DNA of 64,000 nucleotides from Rhodospirillales bacterium (GCA_022823235.1 JAJDXO010000045.1:13702-77701); one strand, 5' to 3'; numbered from the stretch's first letter, positions 38,009 to 47,270 are shown. Translations and numbers: made by a program. Notes: generated from the letters alone by a model not told the origin.

Positions 38009-38418
38009 TCCTGCTGACAGTGCTGGCCGGGTTGGCCGGATTGGCACCGGACTCCGCGCACGCCGTGCTGCCGGAAGAGGTGCTCGCCGACCCCGCGCAC
38101 GAGGCCCGCGCCCGCGCGATCTCCAGGGAACTTCGCTGCGTTGTTTGTCAGAACCAGTCCATCGATGATTCGGATGCGGACTTGGCCCGCGACCTTCGCG
38201 TCCTGGTGCGGCAGCGCATCGTGGAAGGCGACAGCGATGACGAAGTGATCGCCTACGTCGTCTCTCGATACGGCGACTTCGTTCTCCTCCGCCCGCCGGT
38301 GAAGGGGGCGACGCTCGTGCTGTGGATCGGCCCCGTCGCCATTGTCCTCATCGGCCTGTTGGCGCTGATCTCATACTTCCGGCGGGCCGGCCGCGAAGCG
38401 GAGAGTGCGGGCCGATGA
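37957..38418 (+). CDS. ccmH: Cytochrome c-type biogenesis protein CcmH (CycL)
   Basis: LRCVVCQNQSIDDS motif with a C-terminal membrane helix. The TTG start at 37957 overlaps ccmG by 52 nt, so the start is uncertain. Confidence 0.85.
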   Translation: MGEQAVADRPAPARRILVLLTVLAGLAGLAPDSAHAVLPEEVLADPAHEARARAISRELRCVVCQNQSIDDSDADLARDLRVLVRQRIVEGDSDDEVIAYVVSRYGDFVLLRPPVKGATLVLWIGPVAIVLIGLLALISYFRRAGREAESAGR

Positions 38419-39512
38419 TCTGGTTGTTGTCCGCCTTAATCGCCGCGGCCGCGGTGGCGTCCCTGGTCGTGGTTATTCTGCGCCGGCACAAGCCGGTCCC
38501 GCCCGCCGAATTCGACCAGGCGGTTTACGAAGACCAGCTGGCCGAGACGGACCGGGACGAGGAACGCGGATTGCTCGGCCCCGAAGAGGCTGCGGCGGCG
38601 AGACAGGAGATTCGGCGACGCATGGCGCAAATCGACGCGACGGTGTCCGCAATTGCCGCGCCCGGCGGCAGCGGCTTCCGGACGGCAACCGCCATCGGCG
38701 TCGGCCTCCTGGTTCCCATAGTCGGTTTCGGAATTTATGGCTCCCTGGGCACGCCGGATTTTCCGGATCAGCCATTTGCCGAGCGGGCCAGGCCGCCGCC
38801 AAGCGACGACCCGAAGGTAGCCGAGATGACGGCGATCGTGGCCCAGTTGGAGCGCAGGCTCAAGGCGGCACCGGCACGGGTGGACGGCTGGTTGCTGTTG
38901 GGCCGGTCGCTGGTCACCCTGCAACGGCATCTCGAGGCGGCACGGGCATATGCGCGCGCCCGCGCCCTGGCGCCGGATCGGGCCGAGATCGCCATCGCTC
39001 TCGGCGAGACGACCGTCATAGCCCAGGGGGGCGTAGTTTCCGACGACGCCATGAAGATTTTCGCCGATGCCATGGACCTCGATCCAAATGCCGTGCGGCC
39101 GCACTACTTCCTTGGCCTTGCGGCGGCGCAACGGCGGGATTTCGAGAGCGCGGTCCGGCGCTGGACCGACGTTATCGCGCTCTCTCCGCCCGACGCGCCC
39201 TGGGTGGACGAAGTCCGGAAACGGATGAATGCCGCCGCGCGGGCCGGCAATATCGACTTGGCCTCCATTTCGCCGAGCCGGACGCGCGCCGCCGGCCCGA
39301 CGGCCGAGGACGTGCGCGCCGCTTCGGAACTCAGCGTCGAGGAGCGGGCCGAAATGATCATCGGGATGGTCGAGCGCCTTGCCGCCCGGCTTGAAGACGA
39401 CCCGGATGATTTGGAGGGCTGGAAACGGCTGGCGCGGGCCTATCGCGTGCTCGGCGACGAGGAAAAAGCGGCGGCCGCCGAGGAGCGTATCCGCCAACTC
39501 GAGACCCGGTAA
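38415..39512 (+). CDS. ccmI: Cytochrome c-type biogenesis protein CcmI (CycH), TPR-containing
   Basis: Start at MIWLLSALIAAAAVASLVVVIL (ATGA overlap with ccmH). Two membrane helices, then a TPR-like periplasmic domain. Confidence 0.8.
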   Translation: MIWLLSALIAAAAVASLVVVILRRHKPVPPAEFDQAVYEDQLAETDRDEERGLLGPEEAAAARQEIRRRMAQIDATVSAIAAPGGSGFRTATAIGVGLLVPIVGFGIYGSLGTPDFPDQPFAERARPPPSDDPKVAEMTAIVAQLERRLKAAPARVDGWLLLGRSLVTLQRHLEAARAYARARALAPDRAEIAIALGETTVIAQGGVVSDDAMKIFADAMDLDPNAVRPHYFLGLAAAQRRDFESAVRRWTDVIALSPPDAPWVDEVRKRMNAAARAGNIDLASISPSRTRAAGPTAEDVRAASELSVEERAEMIIGMVERLAARLEDDPDDLEGWKRLARAYRVLGDEEKAAAAEERIRQLETR

Positions 39513-39559
39513 TTCTTGATTTCAGGCGCGATTTTCGCCGTCGCCCCGAGCTGCGCGGT

Positions 39560-39724
39560 TCAGCCCTGCCACGCCAGCTGCAAGATCAGATCAGGCCGGG
39601 TTTCCAGAAGCTTGGCGATTTCGGTCTCGGCCGCGGGGCGCTCCTCACCACCGACCTCACGGACAAAAAGCCGCCCGGTACGCTCCATTCGGTAGCCGAC
39701 GATCCGTTTGTCATCAAGTTCCAT
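39560..39724 (-). CDS. Possible small protein (54 aa), unannotated because it falls below the ORF-track cutoff
   Basis: My own minus-strand translation: MELDDKRIVGYRMERTGRLFVREVGGEERPAAETEIAKLLETRPDLILQLAWQG*. GGGGAAG lies 4 nt upstream of the ATG. Third codon positions are mostly G/C, as in neighbouring genes. I recognise no family. Confidence 0.35.
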   Translation of the reverse strand: MELDDKRIVGYRMERTGRLFVREVGGEERPAAETEIAKLLETRPDLILQLAWQG

Positions 39725-39772
39725 CAGACTTCCCCGCCATGATTTCCAAGTTCAAACTCTTAATACACGACA

Positions 39773-39801
39773 AATTTAGTCAGGTAATATTACGGTTTCA
39801 A
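39773..39801 (-). promoter_or_regulatory. Sigma70-like promoter candidate TTGAAA-N17-TAAATT (minus strand), upstream of the 54-codon ORF
   Basis: The -35 element is at 39796-39801 and the -10 at 39773-39778, read on the minus strand, inside a visibly AT-rich 186-bp spacer. This is pattern match only. Confidence 0.3.
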
Positions 39802-39910
39802 GGCGGTGGCGCGCCGGCAAATGCAAAATTGGGCCAGACGGCGCGAAAAAAATGCGTGGCTCACATATTTGAACTCAATATCAACAGGTTAGGAGAAATC
39901 GAGCGTGACG

Positions 39911-41032
39911 CTATTTGTTCAAAACGGCGGCCAGGACCTCAAGGCAGGCGGCGACGTCCGATTTCGGCGCCACGGTGATTCGGATGTAAGTCTCATAGCC
40001 GGGCTCGGGCCAGGCGTGCAGTTGGACCCCATTTTCAAGCACTTCCGCCGCCAATTCCCGGGCGTTCCGATGGGCGTTGGCTGAAACGAAATTGCACACG
40101 GACGGAAACGGATCCAAGCCTAGATCACGAAGTCCCTCCTCCAGCATCGTCCGCGATTCGGAGACGTCTTTCAGCATCTTCGCCAAATAGACCTCATCGA
40201 GAAGCGCCGCTTCGGCGGCCGCCTGAGCGAGGATCGGAACGTTGAAGGTGCAGGTGGTCTTGCGGAGCGCCTGGGCGATATCGCCATCCGAACAAAGCGC
40301 ATACCCGATCCGCATGCCGGCCATGGCGTAGGCCTTCGAGAATGTTCGGATCACGACCCAGGGCCCGCGGCGCTCCTTCAGGACCTCGACCACATCCGGC
40401 CCGCCCGCATGAAGGCCGAACTCGTGATAGGCCTCGTCGACACCCAGCAATACGTTCTCCGGCACCTCCTCGACGAAACGGCGCAGGGTCGTCCCGTCCA
40501 GCATCCGGCCGCTCGGGTTGTTCGGGGTCACCAGGAACAGCAGCTTCGTCCGATTGCCGACCGCGCCCAGGACGGCGTCCGCGTCCACATGCCCGTCCGC
40601 TTTCATGCCCACATAGGCGCAGTCGGCCTCCGAAGCTTCCACCATGGCCCGGTACCCCCAGAATGTCGGTACGGGCAGGATCATGCCGTCCTCCGGTGAA
40701 ATGCTGAGATGGATGGCGCCCTGGATCAGCTCCTCACTGCCATTGCCCCATACGATATTCTCCACCGGGACGCCGGTGCGTGCGGTGACGATGTCGGAGA
40801 GGGCCGGACATTGGGCATCCGGGTAGCGGTTCATCATGGTCAGGTTGTCGCGGACGGCGTCGACCACCTTGGGCGACGGAGGAAACAGGCTTTCGTTCAG
40901 GCCCATGGCCAGGACTTCGCCGGTGTCATATCCCTTGTGCCGAAGAACGCCCTCCGTCGGCGGGTCGAACTTCGGCCCCATTTCCTGAATGGCGCGGCGA
41001 ATATAGGGAACGCCGCCCTGGTCGTTGCTCAT
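39911..41032 (-). CDS. Class I/II pyridoxal-phosphate aminotransferase (HisC-like)
   Basis: Start at MSNDQGGVPYIRRAIQEM (ATG 41030-41032). Contains NPNNPSG-like TPNNPSGR and the FSKAYAMAGMRIGY PLP-lysine motif. 373 aa. The upstream 100 codons of the track ORF overlap the HpaB gene and are rejected. Confidence 0.8.
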   Translation of the reverse strand: MSNDQGGVPYIRRAIQEMGPKFDPPTEGVLRHKGYDTGEVLAMGLNESLFPPSPKVVDAVRDNLTMMNRYPDAQCPALSDIVTARTGVPVENIVWGNGSEELIQGAIHLSISPEDGMILPVPTFWGYRAMVEASEADCAYVGMKADGHVDADAVLGAVGNRTKLLFLVTPNNPSGRMLDGTTLRRFVEEVPENVLLGVDEAYHEFGLHAGGPDVVEVLKERRGPWVVIRTFSKAYAMAGMRIGYALCSDGDIAQALRKTTCTFNVPILAQAAAEAALLDEVYLAKMLKDVSESRTMLEEGLRDLGLDPFPSVCNFVSANAHRNARELAAEVLENGVQLHAWPEPGYETYIRITVAPKSDVAACLEVLAAVLNK

Positions 41033-41054
41033 TATCCGCCTCTGATTGCTGGGG

Positions 41055-42572
41055 CTACTCGCCGGCTTCCCGGAATGCCGCGACGCGCTCGCCGATCCCG
41101 CCGGAGAACCGCTGTTCGATGTCATCCAGCATATTGTGGATACGGTCGATATGCTCGTCCTTGTCGAACATCCGGAAGCGCAGGGACTGGCTACGGTTGG
41201 GATCGCCGCTATAGTACTGCTCGTACAACCGCTGACGGCCGGCAAAGCTCGAAAGCGATGCATCGTAGGCCAATCGAAACAGTTTGATCCGGGTCGGCGA
41301 GTCGGCGTTGACCGACTGAAAATATTTTTCAACGTCGTCCTTCACTTCACCGGCGAGCTCGGCAATGGACGGTACGCCGACCAGGCCGCCGGCGCCCAAG
41401 GTGTTTATGATCTCGCACTGGCGGTTATAGAACTTCCAGAACACGCTCTGCCAAAGCTGGATCGGCGCCAGGCCCGGCGACCAGTTGCCGAATGGCGTCT
41501 GGAACGATTCGGCCTCGGCCGCCACCCGGCAGGTGCGGGCAAACTCGGCAATGTTGATGGTTTCGGCGAGCAGCAGCTGGACGTTCAGGTGCTCGTCGAT
41601 CTTGGTCGAGCGCGCGACCGCCAGCGCCAATGCCATCATGAATTCCGATTTGGCGGCCGCCCGCACCACCGACTGATGCAGCGCATGGGGTCCGACCCGG
41701 GTTTTGCCGTGAATGAGAGTCTCGGCTTCGTCATCCCGATAGATGAACACCCGTTCCCACGGCACCTTCACATCGTCGAAAATGGCGATCCCGTCGGATT
41801 CCTCGTACATGGAAGACAACGGATAATCCATGGGTGAGCCGGAATCCGGATGAGCCATGGAGGGCCGGCAGATGAACCGCAGTCCTTCGGTATTGGCCGG
41901 GATGGCAAATCCGAAGGAATAATCGTCCGATTTGCGCTGTTCGTCGGTCGCCCAGCGGATGGCCGCCGGCATGACGACGATTTCGTTGGCAAGCGCGCAC
42001 AACGTCGCCACCATGCGCGCACCCCGGATCGTGATGCCTGCATCATCCTCCGCGACGATCTGGGCGACGATTTCCGATTCCTGCAAGTGCGCGGGCCGCG
42101 ACCGGTCGACCTGCGGGTTGACCAGTACGTGCGTCATGACGAGATCGTTTTCGCGAACGTGCTGGTGAAAGTCGCGAACGTTGGCGGCGCCCTGGAAGGA
42201 GTCCCTGTCGAATATTTCGCTTGCCGCCGCCCATGCCGCGACCATGACGTTCTTGTAATCCGGACTGCGGCCCAGCATGCCGCAGGTCGCATCCATCCAA
42301 ATCTGAATGGCGTCGCCGCGCGCGACCACATCGTCCTTCGACAAAGGCGTGATGTGGGTCATGCCGACCTTCTCCCCGCTGCTGGGCGAGGCATAGGTCA
42401 GCTTATGGGTGAGCCCGGGATCATGCTGCATCTCCAAGAGCATCGCCATGGTCTCCGCCGCACCGGCGAACCGGTGGTCGTTGACGACGTCGGTGACTTG
42501 ATCCCCGTCGATATAGATGGTTCGGCCATCGTCGAGGGATCGCAGGTATTCCCGGCCGGTGCGGATAGGCAT
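41055..42572 (-). CDS. 4-hydroxyphenylacetate 3-monooxygenase oxygenase-component family (HpaB-like) flavin-dependent enzyme
   Basis: 505 aa. The N-terminus MPIRTGREYLRSLDDGRTIYIDGDQV and the overall length are typical of the HpaB family. Substrate unknown. Confidence 0.75.
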   Translation of the reverse strand: MPIRTGREYLRSLDDGRTIYIDGDQVTDVVNDHRFAGAAETMAMLLEMQHDPGLTHKLTYASPSSGEKVGMTHITPLSKDDVVARGDAIQIWMDATCGMLGRSPDYKNVMVAAWAAASEIFDRDSFQGAANVRDFHQHVRENDLVMTHVLVNPQVDRSRPAHLQESEIVAQIVAEDDAGITIRGARMVATLCALANEIVVMPAAIRWATDEQRKSDDYSFGFAIPANTEGLRFICRPSMAHPDSGSPMDYPLSSMYEESDGIAIFDDVKVPWERVFIYRDDEAETLIHGKTRVGPHALHQSVVRAAAKSEFMMALALAVARSTKIDEHLNVQLLLAETINIAEFARTCRVAAEAESFQTPFGNWSPGLAPIQLWQSVFWKFYNRQCEIINTLGAGGLVGVPSIAELAGEVKDDVEKYFQSVNADSPTRIKLFRLAYDASLSSFAGRQRLYEQYYSGDPNRSQSLRFRMFDKDEHIDRIHNMLDDIEQRFSGGIGERVAAFREAGE

Positions 42573-42600
42573 CCAAGCCTCCCAAGCAATTCAGAAGCAG

Positions 42601-42612
42601 GACCTTAAGGTC
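42601..42612. promoter_or_regulatory. Perfect 12-bp palindrome GACCTTAAGGTC in the HpaB/MarR divergent intergenic region
   Basis: Read directly. It is a candidate MarR operator by position only. Confidence 0.3.
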
Positions 42613-42734
42613 TCAGGCGCGAGGCTTCAAACTTTCTGCACGGTCTGTCCGAGAGCCGAGGCTCGGCAAGTGATTGCGTTGCCGGGGCGCCAGCCGATAT
42701 CCTGCGATCAAAGGAGCGCGGATCAACTTCCACC

Positions 42735-43259
42735 ATGACGAACGACGCGCATGAAACAGGGGGGCTCCTGCCTGACGGGCTCCTCCGCGACGGACCCGAT
42801 GGCCCCGACACAAGCGGTTTCGGGCTGCTCGACCTGTTTACCGCGCGCTATGACGTTCTGGCCCGGCTCCTCGACAGGGAATCCAAGCAGCTGCTGGACA
42901 CGGAATTCGGTATCTCTCTCGTCGAATGGCGAATTTTGTCCGCGCTTTCGGTGAGGGGCGGCATGACCATAGGCGACCTCGCCAAGATGAGCGGTTTTGA
43001 CAAGTCTCAGATCAGCCGTGCCGCGACGCTTCTGGAGAACGCGGGCAGCATCGGCCGGGTCGACAGTCCATCCGACGGCCGGAGCGCCATCATCGACCTC
43101 ACCGATGACGGACGTGATCGATATGACCGAATGATACCGGTGGTTCGCGAGCGAAACCGGCGCCTGCTGTCGCTGTTCGCACCCGCGGAGCGGGAGCAGG
43201 CCTATCGCATGATCGACACCCTCACCACCTACCTTCGTGACAGAATGGACCGTCCCTAG
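42735..43259 (+). CDS. MarR-family transcriptional regulator
   Basis: 174 aa. Winged-helix region LVEWRILSALSVRGGMTIGDLAKMSGFDKSQISRAATLLENAG. Confidence 0.85.
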   Translation: MTNDAHETGGLLPDGLLRDGPDGPDTSGFGLLDLFTARYDVLARLLDRESKQLLDTEFGISLVEWRILSALSVRGGMTIGDLAKMSGFDKSQISRAATLLENAGSIGRVDSPSDGRSAIIDLTDDGRDRYDRMIPVVRERNRRLLSLFAPAEREQAYRMIDTLTTYLRDRMDRP

Positions 43260-43291
43260 GACCGCCCAAATCTCTAGACAAGGAACGCCTC

Positions 43292-44155
43292 ATGGACTGG
43301 ACTGACCGGCGGCAGCGCTTCAGGGAAATACTTGCCGGCGACAAATGCGTGCACCCGGGATCCGTATACGACCCCATCTCCGCGCGGATCGCCGAGGATC
43401 TGGGGTTCGAGATCGGAATGTTCGCGGGTTCAATCGCCTCGATGACCGTGCTCGGCGCGCCCGATCTCCTCGTCCTGACGCTGAGCGAGTTCTCGGATCA
43501 ATGCCTGCGGATCAATCGGGCCGGAAACCTGCCGCTGATGGTCGACGCGGATCACGGCTACGGCAATGCGCTCAACGTGCGGCGTACGGTCGAGGAACTG
43601 GAAACCGCCGGGATCGCCGGCATGAGCCTTGAAGATACCGATCTCCCCACGCCATTCGGGACCGCCGGCAAGCCGCAAATGATTTCGCTGGAGGAAGGGA
43701 TCGGCAAGATGAAGGCGGCGGTCGGCGCACGCCAGGACCCGCTGCTGTCGATCGCCGGCCGGACCAGCGCCTGCGCCATCACCGATGCCGAGGACGCCGC
43801 GGTTCGCGCCCGCGCCTACCAGGAGGCCGGCGTGGATGCGGTATTTCTTGCCGGACTAACCAGCCGCGAGGAACTGGACGCGGTCTCGGACAAAGTGGAC
43901 ATACCCCTGATTCTCGGCAGCACACCGCCGGACATGGCCGATCCCGATTACCTGGGCTCCAAAGGGGTGCGCATTGCCTTACAGGGCCACCTGCCGTTCT
44001 CGATGGCCATGAAAGCCGTTCATGACACGCTGAAGGCCCTTCGCGACGGCACCAAACCCGCGGACATCGAAGGAAAGCCCCACCCCGAGATGCTGAAGAG
44101 GTTTACCCGCGATGATCTGTATCGGAGTTGGATCAGGGACTTTCTGGGGGGTTAG
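43292..44155 (+). CDS. Isocitrate lyase/PEP mutase superfamily enzyme (oxaloacetate decarboxylase / carboxy-lyase-like)
   Basis: 287 aa. GSVYDPISARIAE, VDADHGYGNALNV and GMSLEDT motifs are characteristic of the ICL/PEPM fold. Confidence 0.75.
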   Translation: MDWTDRRQRFREILAGDKCVHPGSVYDPISARIAEDLGFEIGMFAGSIASMTVLGAPDLLVLTLSEFSDQCLRINRAGNLPLMVDADHGYGNALNVRRTVEELETAGIAGMSLEDTDLPTPFGTAGKPQMISLEEGIGKMKAAVGARQDPLLSIAGRTSACAITDAEDAAVRARAYQEAGVDAVFLAGLTSREELDAVSDKVDIPLILGSTPPDMADPDYLGSKGVRIALQGHLPFSMAMKAVHDTLKALRDGTKPADIEGKPHPEMLKRFTRDDLYRSWIRDFLGG

Positions 44156-44167
44156 AGCAGTTTCGGG
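44153..44167 (+). repeat. Copy 3 of the recurrent motif: TAGAGCAGTTTCGGG (the TAG is the stop of the ICL/PEPM gene)
   Basis: 14 of 15 positions identical to the other copies. Here it forms the 5' arm of a long hairpin (…CGGGTCTCAC-acaaac-GTGAGACTCCCG…). It lies 131 nt upstream of dctP. Confidence 0.7.
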
Positions 44168-44297
44168 TCTCACACAAACGTGAGACTCCCGGCTGGCAAT
44201 AACATACAATACCCATCCTCTGATTGACGCTGGTCGCCGCCGCCCCATCCAATAAAAGGAAAACCGTACTGGTTTCATGAATTTAGGGAGTTTCACG

Positions 44298-45317
44298 ATG
44301 TCTTCAATCAACCGCACGGTCGCTATGACCGCGCTGGCCGGTGTCGCCGCCGGTGCGTTTTTCGTTTCAAGCCCTGCTCAGTCGGCTGAACTGCTGATCA
44401 ACAACTACCTGCCGCCAAAGCACCCGTTCCAGACGGGCATTACGGTCCCGTGGATGAAGGATGTCATGGCCGCGACAAAGGGCTCGGTTATGCCCAAACT
44501 GTCCGCCGCCGCGGTGGGTCCGCCTCCGAAGAACTGGCAGACCGTGTCAAAAGGCGTTGCCGATGTCGTCATTCTGGCGAATATTTTCCAGACCAAGCGC
44601 ATTGTCGGGCCCCAGATTTCGCAGCTGCCGCTTAATTCGCCGGGCGCCGTCAAAACATCGCTCGCGCTTTGGAAAACGCACGAGAAATATTTCGCCAAGG
44701 CCAACGAATATAAGGGCAACCATTTGGTCGGAAGCTTCCTCCTGGCGCCGAATGTGATTCATAGCCGGGGCAAGCCGATCCTCACCATCGCCGACCTGAA
44801 GGGTTTCAAACTGCGGTCGGCGCCGGGAATCACCACCAATATTCTCAAGGAACTCGGCGCGGTGCCCGTTGCCTCCGGCCCGGCGAAGATCTTCAGCCTC
44901 GTCTCCAAGGGCGTCGTTGATGGCGCGGCGGTACCGGGTCACGGCCTTCGCGCCTTCCGGATTCTTCCCTACATCAAGGCAACGACGGTCATTCCGGGCG
45001 GCCTGACCAACACGTCCTTCTCCATGCTGATCAACGGCAAGAAGTGGGATGGCCTCACGAAGCAGCAGCAAGACCAAATCATGAGCGTCTCGGGGCTCAA
45101 ACTTTCCGAGCGCACCCTGGCCGGTCAAAAGGCTGCCGATTCCGGCATCGCAGCGGTCAAGAAGCAGGGCGGCCAAGTCGTCCAAGCCAGTCCGGAACTG
45201 ATGGGGGCAATCAGGAAGCTGGGACAAAAAGCCGAAGCAGACTGGTTGAAGGCCGCCGAAGCCAAGGGGATCGACGCCAAGGCTTCGATGGCGTTTTTCA
45301 AGGACCAGCTGAAGTAG
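44298..45317 (+). CDS. dctP: TRAP transporter substrate-binding protein (DctP family)
   Basis: Start at MSSINRTVAMTALAGVAAGAFFVSSPAQSA (signal peptide), preceded by AGGGAG. Followed by dctQ and dctM. Confidence 0.8.
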   Translation: MSSINRTVAMTALAGVAAGAFFVSSPAQSAELLINNYLPPKHPFQTGITVPWMKDVMAATKGSVMPKLSAAAVGPPPKNWQTVSKGVADVVILANIFQTKRIVGPQISQLPLNSPGAVKTSLALWKTHEKYFAKANEYKGNHLVGSFLLAPNVIHSRGKPILTIADLKGFKLRSAPGITTNILKELGAVPVASGPAKIFSLVSKGVVDGAAVPGHGLRAFRILPYIKATTVIPGGLTNTSFSMLINGKKWDGLTKQQQDQIMSVSGLKLSERTLAGQKAADSGIAAVKKQGGQVVQASPELMGAIRKLGQKAEADWLKAAEAKGIDAKASMAFFKDQLK

Positions 45318-45338
45318 TTCGCCCGCTCCCGAGCTACT

Positions 45339-45971
45339 ATGGCCGAAGGTGACAAAACGGGCGTCGTCGACCTTGGCGGCGACGGCGCCCAATCCACGAA
45401 TCCGCTCGACCGGGCGCTTGCCGACGACTATTCGGTGCCGGCCGCCGCCGCGGGGGCCCTGGCGGCGCCCGTCAGGCTTCTGACGGTGCTTGCCGCCTTC
45501 TTCATGTTTTTCGTGGCCGGCCTGACGATCGTCGATGTCACCGGGCGGTATGTGTTCAACTCACCGGTCCACGGCGGCGTGGAATTGATCGAGTTTGCCC
45601 TCGGTCTGCTCATATTTTCCGCCCTGCCCCTCGTGACCGTCAAACGCGCGCACATCGTCGTCGAGCTTTTCGACGGATTTATGAGCAAACAATTCAAGCT
45701 GTTTCGGGAAATCATCGTCCTGTTCATCAGCGCCGGGATGATCGCATTCATCACCGAGCGGATGTGGAGAACCGGCCTTGAGATGCAGGAATTCGACGAT
45801 ATTTCCCTGACCCTCGAACTGCCGACCGCGCCGGTACTGTTCGCGCTTACCTTCCTGAGTGCCGTGAGCGTAGTCATCCAACTCTATATGCTCTGGAAAT
45901 ATGTGACCGTCGATTTCCGCGCGGGAGTCGCACCGGGGTTCGACCACGACAATGACGAAGGCGCCTCCTAG
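45339..45971 (+). CDS. dctQ: TRAP transporter small permease (DctQ family)
   Basis: 210 aa with four hydrophobic helices, abutting dctM (stop 45971, next start 45972). Confidence 0.8.
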   Translation: MAEGDKTGVVDLGGDGAQSTNPLDRALADDYSVPAAAAGALAAPVRLLTVLAAFFMFFVAGLTIVDVTGRYVFNSPVHGGVELIEFALGLLIFSALPLVTVKRAHIVVELFDGFMSKQFKLFREIIVLFISAGMIAFITERMWRTGLEMQEFDDISLTLELPTAPVLFALTFLSAVSVVIQLYMLWKYVTVDFRAGVAPGFDHDNDEGAS

Positions 45972-47270
45972 ATGGTCATCTCGCTAATCGGGTTTGCCAT
46001 CCTGCTGGGGATCGCCTTCTTCGGTCTGCCGCTCGGATTTTCCATGATGCTGGTGGGCTTCGTCGGCTTTGCCTTCATTCGCGGCATGGGGCCGGCGTTG
46101 GAAACGGTCAGCCAGCAAATCCTGGGATTGGCGCTGAACGCCAATTTCGTCGTCCTGCCCCTGTTCGTCCTGATGGGCGTATTCGTTTTCCGGGCCGCCC
46201 TGGCGGAGGATATCTACGAGGCCGCCAATGCCTGGCTCGGCAACAAGCGCGGCGGCCTCGCGATGGCCACGGTCGCCGCCTGCGGCGGCTTTGCGGCTAT
46301 TTCGGGATCATCGGTCGCAACCGCCGCGACCATGGCCAGGGTTTCGATCCCGCCCATGCGGCGGTTCAAATACAACAACGGTTTCGCCGCCGGCACCGTC
46401 GCGGCCGGCGGCACCATGGGAATTCTGATACCCCCGTCCGCCGCCCTCATCGTCTACGGCATTTTGACCGAGACCAGCATCGGGGATCTGTTCATCGCCG
46501 GTATTATTCCGGGCCTCATCACCGTCGCGCTCTACCTCGCGGTCATTTGGGGCGTCGCATTCCTCATGCCGAATTTAGCGCCGCGCGCCGACAAGGCGAC
46601 CTGGGCGCACCGCTGGCACACGCTTTCAAAAGTCTGGGCGGTCCTCGTCCTGTTCCTCGTAATCATCGGCGGCATTACCTTCGGGGTATTCACGCCAACC
46701 GAAGGCGGCGGCATCGGCGCCGTCGGCGCGCTGCTGTTCGCCATCGCCCGCAAGCGGATGAACCTCCGGGTATTTTTCTACGCGCTTGTGGAAGCGGCCG
46801 AAACCTCGGCCATGGTATTCACCATCGCCTTCGGCGCGCTCATTCTGAACAACTTCGTGAATGTCGCCGGCATGCCGGACGCCATCGTCGATTTCATCAA
46901 GACCCTGGAGATCGAGCCGATCACCGTCATCCTCGTGGTGCTGCTGATCTACATTCTGCTGGGTACCATCATCGAAGGGCTGGCGATGATTTTCCTCACC
47001 GTGCCCATATTCGTGCCGCTGGTCGATGCCTTGGGCTTCGATTTGATCTGGTTCGGCATCGTCATGGTCATGGTCGTCGAAATCAGCCTGATCACGCCGC
47101 CCATCGGCCTCAATGTCTTTGTCATCAAGACGATAATGCCGGACGTCCCGCTCTCCAGCATGTTCAAGGGGATTGCACCGTTTTTCGCCGCCGACATCAT
47201 CCGCTTGATGTTGGTGGTGTTCGTTGCGGACCTGGCACTTTGGCTGCCGCGGTATGTCGCGCAGTTCTGA
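45972..47270 (+). CDS. dctM: TRAP transporter large permease (DctM family)
   Basis: 432 aa, polytopic, paralogous in pattern to the 2141-3586 product (ISGSSVATAATMARV, ISLITPPIGLNVFV). Confidence 0.88.
   Translation: MVISLIGFAILLGIAFFGLPLGFSMMLVGFVGFAFIRGMGPALETVSQQILGLALNANFVVLPLFVLMGVFVFRAALAEDIYEAANAWLGNKRGGLAMATVAACGGFAAISGSSVATAATMARVSIPPMRRFKYNNGFAAGTVAAGGTMGILIPPSAALIVYGILTETSIGDLFIAGIIPGLITVALYLAVIWGVAFLMPNLAPRADKATWAHRWHTLSKVWAVLVLFLVIIGGITFGVFTPTEGGGIGAVGALLFAIARKRMNLRVFFYALVEAAETSAMVFTIAFGALILNNFVNVAGMPDAIVDFIKTLEIEPITVILVVLLIYILLGTIIEGLAMIFLTVPIFVPLVDALGFDLIWFGIVMVMVVEISLITPPIGLNVFVIKTIMPDVPLSSMFKGIAPFFAADIIRLMLVVFVADLALWLPRYVAQF

Noticed and set aside
39911-41332. N-terminally extended ORF-track models: 39911-41332, 6521-8005, 7912-9027, 10230-11030, 12307-12987, 14267-14917, 16505-17383, 37334-38008, 38322-39512 and 47224-48165.
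   Set aside because: In each case the upstream extension overlaps the preceding gene and is compositionally abnormal. An internal start reproduces the family-typical N-terminus, often with a Shine-Dalgarno or a stop/start overlap. The internal starts are used.
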